Source: Raja brachyura (taxonomy: Eukaryota). From it: 64,000 nt of DNA. Position 1 is the first letter of the stretch. Each line of letters opens with the position of its first letter. The translations under genes and the position numbers were made by a program. The notes under the pieces are model-generated. The model did not search any database. It was not told where the DNA came from and was given only the letters and a program-made list of their open reading frames with translations. The DNA is taken from NCBI GenBank assembly GCA_963514005.1, contig OY740803.1, forward strand, positions 29,822,001-29,886,000, given 5' to 3'. This document shows, piece after piece, positions 41,101 through 53,100 of the stretch.

Positions 41101-44100
41101 CTCCACTCCCGCTGCTTGCCTGATAAATATTAAGAGATTCAAGAAAGGTTTATATTTAGTAGGCTGCAATGAAGTGTCCATACTATTACACAATCAGCTG
41201 TGAAACTAAACTAAGGGTGTGTATGTGGCAATGCAGAGGGTGCTGCAGGGAATTCCAATCTGAAATGTGGTGCTTGGGTAGAAAAGGCTTCATGAAAAGA
41301 TTTGGCATTGTTTTAAACACTTGTACAGGTCCATCATTACGGGGCAACTTGCTGTGATGTTCCTGCCAGTTCTTAGATCCACGCCAACGAGGGAACTCAA
41401 CAAAGTAAAAAGAACAAGAATCCATCCACAAAAAAACAATTATTTCTGTTCTTCATAATTTAAGTAAACCGATATTTAACAAGAGCCTAGAGCATACTAG
41501 ATTGTACACATTTTGTAGTTTTGTCAATTAATCATATTCTGAACAATTGTGAGGTCCTTTGTGGATGACAGGAGAGTAAAAAGGAATAGAAAGAACTTCA
41601 AAATTCAGCTGTCCACTTCTAAGTAATCAGAAGCATGTTTACCTCAACTGTCAAGGTTGAACATTATTACTTTATACATTATTTTTAGGTTTTTAGCTGA
41701 GTGGAATGCAGTTGTAATTGTTTCTGATTACAGAATTTGGTAGGTTATCTCCAATCACATATCATGCCTGCATTGATTATTCATTTCGATGTCAGATCTG
41801 GTGTTGGTTCTCCATTCACTGAATGGTGTTGGTTCTCATTCAATGCTCTTTTGGATTTTTGCCGATGAAATTCATGCACGTAATCCAAAGAGAACCAGCT
41901 GTTTGCAACTCTGCCCAACCAGGTATAATTAAGACGCCTGAGGTACAGTAGCACAATTTAAAACGTGTCTCTCTGAGTAGGATTCAGGCTGGTTCTGGAA
42001 ACCCCCATTCAGATTGATCCCTGATAGTTAATTATTTTCCTTCACTTGTTTGGTCCAATGTTATGGCTCCACTCACTCCGTGTACAGATCCCACCTCACA
42101 AAGCTCAAAACCTTTCCCCAACCCTATCCAATCACCGACCAACTCCCCTCCAAGCCTGGATCACCCCAATCAGCCCCACCAGTCCATCAAATAACTATCA
42201 ATTGCAAATCCACTCTCCCCAAAAACCAATCATGGGCTTCTGAGCACTAACCTCAGATCCCTGATTACAGAATTTGACCCTCATCATTACTCTCAGCCTC
42301 TCTCGCCGATCACCCCAGCAAATACAACCATGGTAGTCCCTTCACATTGTTTACAAAGGAGAAGCCTTCCTTTTTAAAGTTAACCAGTAGGTCTGATATT
42401 TTGAGGGCCCCAGAGGCAATGAAGAATTTCTAGGCCAATGATTGTGTTTTGGAAAGTTGTAACGTCTCCTCAGAAGTGTGGGGAATGGTGATTCTCTTCC
42501 TTCCTGTTTCCAGTCAAGTAAAGCTTGCGGCTTCTATCTGTGCCTTTGTTCCATTTCTTTTCCACTTGGCTCACTTGGTGTCTATCAGTCTTCTCATGTT
42601 TCCTGTACATCCACCAAACCTTTCAGAATATATTGGGGGAAAAGAACACTGTATAAAATAGCGTATCTAGCATTAACTAAATTTTTCTTTCATTGAATCC
42701 TTCTTTTACTCAGAAAGTCAAAGTGGGACAAGAACCTCAGGTAAATAATGTAGACTTGATACATTCCTTGCCTGTTTACCAAATAAAGTTAGGCAATTGT
42801 TATTTCAAGGGCTAGTGGGACATTGGCATATTGCTACACTGGTTACAGAGAGACATTGAACTTTTGGATGAAGGTGGTTATCATAGTTCATTTTGCTACT
42901 CTATTCTATCACTACTGCTGTGTGTCTAAAATCCTTTATCTCTTTGTTTGCTATCACTTTTGGATCACAAAAGGCCAGAGGTCACAATATCATCAATCTT
43001 CTAAAATCTTCAGTCATGCAACAATTGTTACAACAAGCTTTAAGCCGTTTACATTGTTTTATGAGTTATTGAAATAATTATAATTTAGTTGGCCAAAGGA
43101 CAAGTTGGAAGCCAAATAGCAACTTAGGCACTAGGCTGAACTCATAACCCTTGTTTAGATCTACTTCTGTACAAAATATATAAGGAAATCACAGTGGCAA
43201 CTGAAGATATATGCCAAAATAACAAAAGTAGTGCATAATATTTAAATACATCAAACTAGCAGAAATGATCATTAATTGGCTGTTGTGTTTGTTAGTTCTA
43301 TCACATGATACCATAACCTGAAAATCCAAAATGACTGAATTTGCCCCAAGTTCATTGAAATTGTGGATCAATTTGTACCAGTCTCTTACAAAAGTGGTGG
43401 TTAAGCAGAGGGGCACACACCTCACGCATGTTCAGTAGCTCTGTCTGCTTCCTGCCACACTAAAGGTTTGGGGCTGATCAACTTTATGATCAAAGCCACA
43501 TCAATAACTCTTATTGATTTACTTAACTTGTTAATGAGTCGGTTATCAACTATTCCAATGGAAATTGTGTCAAGAGTCTAAGGTGTTTAATTGTCATATG
43601 TACCGGGAACAAAATAATGACATTCTTACTGAATACAGCTTTACAGGTCTAATAAAACAATACTGTAACTCAGTCTGCTAACTGAGATTGAGATTCTAGG
43701 ATGTGCAATGATAGGGAACTCAGTGCACATTTAAATTACTCCTGTGAATAATGTTATAAAACAACAATGGAGAGGATATAATGTGACGTTGAAAATATTT
43801 ATCTAATATAAAAGTTTCAATATAACATGATAGGTTGTAAGGATACTGTGGGCCTGAAACCATCCACTTCTCTTTTAACCTGCATTCATGGTTGTGTTAA
43901 ATGCGAGGACATGAAAAATCTGCCATTTGGTTGGAACAAGCTGGTACAAATCCAAGCTTTCATTCTCTAATTTGTGAAGCTTAGTTCATTTAGTAGACTT
44001 TACATACTTACATACATAAAGCTAAATCCAACCGTCATGCATTCCCTCAGTAGTAACTGTCCACTATCATTTTGATTGCACCTCTTCATTGTGGCTAGGT

Positions 44101-47100
44101 TGATGCCATTCACACCAGGGTTGGACAATTACAGATTCAAGGTTCTGTCCCTGAGCTTCAAACACTAAATTATGGATTACTGACAGAACGCTACATTAAA
44201 TGGCATGTTTACCCTTTTGCTGCAGCATTGAACTGAAGCGTCATCTGCCACCCTCAAATAGTTGTAAAGAGTTTTGGGCGACTGTTTGAAAAAGAACAAG
44301 CTCTCCCCATATTTATCTCTCATTCAAAATCTCAAAATAGACCAAGATCATTATTATATTTCATTTATTCGACCATGCTGTGTGCAAATGTGGTTGTTTC
44401 TTGCATGACAATGGCATCTACACTTCTAAAGTACCATAACATTGGTAGGGATGGCGAATGGTTTTGAAAGGTGCTTTGTAATTGTAAGTTTTTATTTTCT
44501 TTCTTGGTTTATGTTAACTGACCAGTGAACAGGGAAACACTTGCCACAATGAACTCATGATCTTCGACCAAGTTCTGTCACTACTTCGCTTTCTGAGGCA
44601 AGAGAGATTCACATAAATATAACAAAAACAAATGCTACAACATGTCCAGAGATTCTTAGCACCATTTTAATCTTTTTAATCTCTATCCTGAACGGGGTCG
44701 CAACTTTTCCCTGTCGAGTTTCCTGTTGTCGTTGGGGCCTAACATCGTGGACCCAGCGGCCTCAAACCGGAATCGACCTGGAGCTCCAGTCGCAGAGCCT
44801 GCGGACTCACCATCGCGGAGCTGGCTGACTTCGGAGCGTGGAGCGTTGTGGTGGCGCGCGGCTGCGACCCGACTTTGGAGCTTCGGAGGCTTCGGCTGCA
44901 GGCCCTGTGGACGGTAACATCGGGAGTTCGCGTGTCCCTGGTGGGAGACCGTTTTTCGGAGGTCCCGCAACGGCAACTTCGCCGGCCAGAATCGAGGGGT
45001 TTAAATTGACCCGGAGCGGGGCCTTACATCGCCCGGCGCGGCTTAAACGGCCGCGGGACTTACCATCGTCTGCCGGGGGCTCTAACATCAAGCGCCTCAA
45101 TCAGCTCAATCAGTTTGACTGCTTGACTGCGGGGGAAGAATAAAGAACAGAGAACAGGGAAGAGATAAGACTTTTGCCTTCCATCACAGTGAGGAGGTGT
45201 TTGGAGATTCACTGTGATGGATATTTGTGTGGAATTGTGTTAATTGTGTGTTTTGGTTTTTTGCTGTTATGACTGCAGGAACAAAATTTTGTTTGAACCT
45301 TGTATGTTTAAACGACAATAAATGGCATTCTATTCTGTTCTATTCCATCTATTTGTAACAATATTTTACCATTAATATTACCTTTAGTCCACCACTTTCA
45401 TACCCTCAATCCCTAAGCTACAATAAGCAATATTTCCAACACAAATAGTAGCATCTAGGACGTATGACAGATTCCAAAAGTAAGCAAGAACCAATAGTGA
45501 TCAAAAAACAGTGAATGAAAAGCGACCAAAAGATAATCTATTTCACTTTCTCACAGCATGCTCTTTTTATAACCTGGAATCCTACAGAAGTAACAACAGA
45601 AGTCACAAGCTGTAGCTCAGCAGGTAGCGTCTGATCCAATGTGAGGTTGTGATATTTTGTCAGCTGGAAGGTATATGGCCAATAAGAAGATATGTATGTT
45701 ATTAACCTTTTCAAATTATGTTACTATCTTGAAATCAACCAAGAGCACTTTATGCTGCATGAGCTGCTCACAATAAGCATGTTGTAATAATTGTTGTATG
45801 GCTGAGATTAAAATCAATTTCAAAAATTAAAATCAAATTATTACTTATCAGCTTTTTCCAAGACCCTCCCCTGTAATTGAGGTAAGGATCATAATATTTT
45901 ATTTACATTATTACCTTTTCCTTCCAAGATGTTAATTTCGATGATCAATGTCAGTGGAGGGAATGTGAGGGGATTGTACCTGAATTTTGCAAAATTCTGC
46001 ATCCATAACTTAAGTCTTTCCCTTCACTTTCACTCAAGGGAGATGTCTCAAAGTCGGACTCAGAGGCTGACTTTTATTGTCAGAGCCTGGATGATGATAG
46101 TGGAAGCAGAAAGGATCTTCCAAATACTGCGCGTAAGTTGATAAATACATTTAAGATACAGGTAGTGTACTGTGTGTATCTTAAGGAGGTATATATTTGC
46201 AATGCAAATTGACATTATTAATAGCAGAGCCAGTTTAAAAGATATGCTTTCAAAGTGTTTCCAAGGTAGATTGATTGTACTAAACCAGTAATAACCTCTA
46301 CAGCTGATTCCCTAAATCTGCCTGTATTTTATATGAAATTTGTATTCCTGAAACATCTACCTATTTATACCTTATACGTATAGATCACATCCTTCTATTC
46401 CCAGAAATTTTGAACGTTAACATCAGAAATTTTGGATGATGTTTTCATTTTGGTATTTCCAGTAGTACTATTTGTAATTCTGATCAAAACACAAAGTGCT
46501 AGAGGAACTTATTGGGTCAGGCAGCATCTGTGGAGGGAAGAGACAGATGACATTTTGGATTGGGCCCCATCTTCAGACAGATTGAAGTAGGGTGTGAAAG
46601 CTGGAAAAGAGACGTGGAGTCAGTGCAAAACCTGGCACGTGTTAGGTGGACGCAGGTAGACTCGGCAACTGTTTCACCGAGCGTTTGCAGTTTGACGGCA
46701 AAGGCCTGCCGGACCTCCTGATTGCTAATCATTTTAACTCCTTTTCTCATTCCGATACTTACCTTTCTGTCCCTTGCCAGAGTGAGGCCACATGGAAACT
46801 GAGCAACAGCACCTTATACTCCGCATGGGTAGCTTATAACCCTACAGTATGAACATTGAAATCTTCAATATCAAGGAATACCTCCCTCCCTCCCTCGCAT
46901 CTTCCTTCTCTATCCAATGCCACCTCCCCAACTGCTCTCCCCCCCCACACCTCAGTGCACATGCATTCTCTCGCCATCTCCTACCTCTTCCCGTCACCCT
47001 TCTCCTTCCCCTCCTACACACACTCATCTCCCTTCCCCTAGTCCCCCATATCCCTCGTATCCTCCCTTGATTCCCTTCCCCCCTGTCCCTTTCCACCCAT

Positions 47101-50100
47101 ATCATACCATGTCATAAGTGATAGGAGCAGAATTAGACCATTAGGCCCATTCAGTATGCTCTGCCATTCAATCATGGCTGATCTGATCTATCTCACCCTC
47201 CTAACCCCATTTTCCAACCTTCTCCCCATAACTCCTGACACCCGTACTAATCAAGAATCTATCTCCCTCTGCCTTAAAAATATCCACTGACTTGACCTCC
47301 ACAGCCTACTGTGGCAAAGAATTCCACAGATTCACCACCCTCTGATTAAATAAATTCCTCCTCATCTTCCCAAAGGAACATCCTTTAATTCTGAGGCTAT
47401 GACCTTTAGTCCTTGACGCTCCCACTCGTGGAAACATCATCTCCACATCCACTCTATCCAAGCCTTTCACTATTTTGTATGTTTCAGGAGTGAAGTGAGA
47501 ATGAGCCCAGGGTTGGGTGGGTCTCTGATGATGCTGGCGACCTTTTTGAGTGAGGGACTCCTGTAGATCCCTTCGATAGTGGGGAGACCAGTACCCGTGA
47601 TGGCCTGGGCAGTATTCATCATTTTTTGCAATCTTCTTCATTCCTGGCCATTGGAGTCGCGGAACCTTTCCTTGATGCAGCCAGTCAATATGCTCTCTAC
47701 TGCACACCAAGAGTGTATTCATTGGCATGCTGAATTTCCTCAATCCTCTAAGGAAGGATTTTAATGATTTTTTAATGATTTTTTAATACTTTTTTATGAT
47801 TACATCAGTGAGCTGAGGCTAGGACGGATCTTCAAAGACATGCACGCCCAGGAATTTGAAGCTTTTGCCAACGACCTTTAAGACAGAGTGAAATGATAAT
47901 ATCAATTCTTTGCTTGTGCTAAAAAATTGTTTGAAAGGAATATATCTTGAGTCAGTAAAATTATAGGTGTTATAAAATCAAGACCAACAAACTTAATTTT
48001 TTTTTTCTATGCAGTGATGACAGCAAATGGTAATTTGGATGTTAAAACCAGTCTGACCCCACCGCTCATCATCCACACCAATGCAACACCAATGCCAACA
48101 CCAAAGGGGATGCTTTGTGGTGATTCTGTGCACATGTACAGTGATTCCCGCAGAGGTAGCAATGTATCAATCGATCCCAATTACTACGAGCAGAAGTCAC
48201 CGGTAAGACCATCTGTATTTTCGACAGAATAGGGCATTTCTTTTCATAGCATGAGGAGCATTGCATCAGAATGTCGAACATAATTATTAGAAGCAAGTGT
48301 AGGCACTCCCCGACCTACGTAATAGGCAAATAAGGAACACACCCCTCAAAATATGGAATATTAACACAAAACCATCTCTATTGCGGTAGACCCTCTGAAA
48401 CGTTGCATACAAAACAATGATTGATAGATTTCTTTCTGTTAAAAGAATCAAGAGATATGAGAACAAATCAAGAAAATGGTGCTATAGCTATCAGATCTCC
48501 AAAACAAGATTAAGGGATCAAGTGGCCTTTCCTTGCCTCCATTTCTTATGTTTTCATGCTTTTTTAACAACATTTGACCCAACTGTCCCCTTCAGGGATC
48601 TGTGGACATACACAAAATCCACCTGTTCCTCCGCTCTCCTGGCGCAGTGAGAGAGTTGCTGCCTTACAGTTGCAGGGACCCGGGTTCGATCCTGACTACA
48701 GGTGCTGTCTGTACAGAGTTTGGGGGTTTCCTCCCGCACTTCAAAGATGTATATGTTTGTAGTCTATTTGGCTTGGTAAAATTGTAAACTGTCCCTAGTG
48801 TGTGTAGGATAGTGTTAGTGTGTGGGGATCGCTGGTCAGCATGGACACGGTGGGCCGAAGGGCCTGTTTCTGCACTGTATCTCTAAACTAGGCAAAACTA
48901 CTTCTTCCTTTTCTATGGAGCAGTCTGATAGTGTTTACCTCATTGGGTGTCATTCTTACCTTAGAGAAAGAAGGACGAGGTTTCAAGTCTCACTCCAGAG
49001 ACTTGAGCACTAATTCTATGATGCTGCACAGTTGGAAGAGCCACCTTTTGGATCCAGTGGTGAAGTAGATCTGTCTACTCAGATCAATGATAAATATTTA
49101 TTGGTACAATTTAGGAGGCGAGCAAGGGTGATTCTATCCAGCACCCTGATAAATTATTTATTGCCACCGGATATAACAAAGTAATTGCTATATGCAGATT
49201 GGGCACTGTGTTCTCATATGTTACTGGAGCAGCTGCACTTAAAAAGGGTACCAGATTATATAAGAGGAGCTTAGGAATTTCCTGAAGATGTTAAAAGAAC
49301 AATATAAATACAAGCTTCTATCTCTCCTATTCAAAATCTTCTTCTCTTCTTCCTTTCCACATTGTTCTCTCACTCCTTCCCAATACTTGGATAAAAAGTA
49401 ATAAATTAAATTTCCTTTTACCAATCTTAAGAATCGAAGAATGAGGAGCAGAAAGAGGCCATTCAGCTCCTCAAGTGTGCTCCACAACTCAACAGGGTAA
49501 TGGCATGTCTTCTATTTCAACACAATTTTCCTCCGCAGTCTCAATATCCTCTTTAACTTGCAGAAACCAATCAGTCTCATATTCAAATAAAATCCATAAC
49601 TAAGTCTCCACAGTCCCCAGAGTGCAGAGCCTAAAGGTTCACCGTCCTTTAACTGAAGAACTTTCTCTTCATTTGATCAATATCATGAAATTCTCCTTTC
49701 ATTGAAGGGGTTTATTCTTACTTGGGTACAAATACTTTGGTCATTACAAGACCTACCGGTTACGTTGCGTCAGTGTGGGTAAGAGTTACTGGTTTTCTGA
49801 TTCTGTGTTTATTCCCCCTCAGTCGAGTGCACGTAGCTCCCCCTACGCTCCTTGGAGCACAGCCAGTAGCTGGAACAGTCGCCGCTCGAGCTGGAACAGC
49901 CTTTGCCGAGCACAAAGCCTGAAGCGCAAGCACCAGTCTGGTGAGCGAAAGTCACTCCTCTCGGGTGATGGCAAAGAAAGTTCTGAAGAAGGCGATGGAT
50001 CGGAGGATGAGAAAGCCAGTCGGGCAGGTGGAGAGAGGGGGCCTGCTCCTCTGCGCCTGGAATCTCTGGAGATGAAGAGTTCTTTCGATATTCCTGAAAC

Positions 50101-53100
50101 CCTGCAGGTGCCCAGTCTTCACAGATCCCCCAGCATCCATAGCAGCAGGACCCCACCACTGGACTGCCAGGACTGTAATGGTAAGATGTCCCCTGTCAAC
50201 ATGCTACGCCAGTTCCACGTGGATGAACAGCGAGCTGAGTTCGAGAATGCTGAAGACGAAGTTGATTTGGTGAGTTGTACGTGTGCCTGAACTATACATA
50301 GTGTTTTATATTTGATGATTTCTCCCAGGGATACATTGAACGGTGTAAACAGAGGAAATGGATGTCCTATCATACTTATCTCTAGGCTTATGTCATTATT
50401 AATCTCCCTTTCTCCAGGAGAAGACACACTGGCTACTGAAAACCAAAGAAGTTCCCTCTATCAAACAGGATTTCTTTATTTCAGGTTCCCTGTTTTACTG
50501 TCACTATTTCTCTCATCTTCTTGTGTGTTGTGAATATCTCTTCCAATCACAAACATTGTGGCTCACAACAACATGAACCAGAGGCCTAAAGAAATAAAAA
50601 TGACCCACATTTTGGAGGGGAAATGTCAGCAATTTTGTGTATTGCTGCTAGGACTTCCCCAGCTCGGAGTCACCACGTATGAGATCTCTGCAACTGTGTG
50701 TCCAAACAAAATGGTTCCGAATTTCCTGACAACTGTTCATCAATTCAACTACGTTGCAAAGTTAAAATCGCTTGGAGTTTAGCATTGGAAATTGCAGAAA
50801 GTCATCCTCCATCCCTTACATGCTCGTAAGGGACAAAGCAGTACATTTTTTTTAATTGTTTAAACATTTTTTATCATTTTTAATAGTATTATAAAACTAT
50901 TTAATAATTTTGATTGATTCTGAATATCAGACTCTTGGACGCATATGTACCTTTTGACAGTCTGCTGCACAAGGGGGCAATGATTTGCCATCTGTCACTT
51001 TCATTGTGGGTCATAATATTCTAATCCATCTATGAAATGCCACCAAGCATAGAGCACAGTATATGGGCCAAAAATAAAAAAAACTCACTAAGAGCAAGAT
51101 ACGTTTGCTAACTGTGTTCAATACTTCAAATTGTATGTAGTTTGGTACCATTTAAGGATTGTGGTTGCAGGAGATGTTGCCAGAGTAGAATCATTTTGAT
51201 CGAACCCTGGATCATTTGGCTCTGTTATTGGTGATGATGCATATTCAGGGATTTGGCATCAATGTTATGTCTTATTACTATAATCTGTATGATACCTATT
51301 CATAAGGGGGCAACTCAGCCCATTGAGTCTATGCTGGCTCACCATGGAACTATTCCAGTAATCCTATTTGTCCTCTTTCTATCCTCTGCAACTTATTATC
51401 TCTCAATTCTCCTTTGACTCTTTTTCTACTTACCTGCACTTAGGTGTGATTTACAGTAAAACAATTAACCTTACAGCATATATTTGGTATGTGAGAGGAA
51501 ACATGAGAGCAACTGGGGGAAGCAGTGATGTAGCAGAGAGTATATGAAACATTCACCCACAGTGTGCAAGTATGAGATCGCACCCGAGTCCTTATTAAAG
51601 CTGTGTGATAGAAACATTTACTGCTACACCACCCAGTGTCCTACACATCACTTGCACTTTTGTTTTTGTCAAGTGAGAGTATTTTATCAGAGTTAAATTT
51701 GCCTCTGCCGTTGCTGAAGGAACCACTTCCAAATATGTTCTCTGAATGCAATCCTCCTGTATTCAGCGACTGGAATGAACCCAACACAGAATCTGGACTC
51801 CAGAACTGACATGTGCTACCTTGTTTCTGCAGAGCAAATGTGCACGGTTGCTGGCATGGATTCAAAGCAAGCTACCGCCTTGTTTCAAACAGCGGGAGGG
51901 CTGGTCGCTCTATCTCTTTCCACCACAGTCCAAGTAAGAAATTAAAACCTATTGAATTTTTGCCGTTAATTGAAAGAGGGCAACTGGAAATGTATTTATA
52001 TATTGCCTATAGTACAGCAAACTCCAGGGGCAACATAGAAGCCTAAACAGATACATTTTACCTTTTCCACATATGAGGGTGAAAATTGTGCTTAAAAACT
52101 ATATATTTTAACAATAAATATAAGCATTAACATAACGTGGTCTAATTACAAAGGACATGTTACAGCTTGAAATCCACAAATCAGAGATGGGAAAATTAAA
52201 TGAATTAGAATTGTGCTGATAATACACAGGTCATAAGGTCATAAGGGATAGTAGAATTAGGCCATTCAACCCATCAAGTCTACTCCACCGTTCAATCATG
52301 GCTGATCTATCTCTCCCTCCTAATCCCATTCTCCAGCCTTCTCCCCATAACCCTTGACACCTGTACTAATCAAGAATCTATCTATCTCTGCCTTAATAAT
52401 ATCCACTGACTGCCTCCACAGCCTTCAGTGGCAAATAGTTCCACAGATTCACCAGAGGGCTGAAGGAATCTACAGAGAAGTGGTGTCCATGTGTAAGTTT
52501 GAGACCTGGTGCCAATGTAGGATGTAGAGGCACATTAGTTATAGGTGAACAAGAGTTGATAGCCTTTTAGAGGTTCCCACAAGAAGTAAATGAAAAAAAC
52601 ATATCTTCAGGAGCTCAAATAAGTGGTTTTAAGGTCATGATAATTTAATTTTATTTATATAATTTAGTTGACAAACAAATGTTTAAGAAATTAAGTGCGC
52701 AGAAGTACTCTAGAGAACTGGGACAGTTTTTCATGACTTAAGCAGAGAAGGATATAAAACTATGATAGGCATTGATAGGGTGCCAATGAATAGGGGGCAA
52801 AGCTTTAAGGTAAAAGGAGGAAAGTTTAAAGAAGATGTGTGGGGCAAGGTTTTTACACAAAGTGGAACACTTTGCCAGGGGAAGCGGTGGAAGCCGATAT
52901 TATAATGGCGTTTCTACGACTTTTAGATAGGCACATGGCTCTGTGAGGAATGGAGTGGTATGGATCATATGAAGGCAGATGAGATTAGTTTATATTAGCA
53001 TTATGTTCAGCACAAACATTGTGGGTCAAAGGGACTATTCATGTGCTGTACTTTTCTATGTTCTATGAAACAAAGAGCTAGTTTCTCTAATATATCATCA

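Noticed and set aside
44683-45143. GC-rich overlapping ORFs or CpG-island promoter
   Set aside because: Lies in a repeat related to 12311-13026; ORFs are expected from GC content.
47758-47801. Short 11-mer tandem (ttttaatgatt) and other spaced repeats as a CRISPR-like array
   Set aside because: Simple slippage repeat without unique spacers, in vertebrate DNA with no cas genes.
49809-50427. Antisense ORFs over exon 17
   Set aside because: Shadow ORFs of a GC-richer coding exon.
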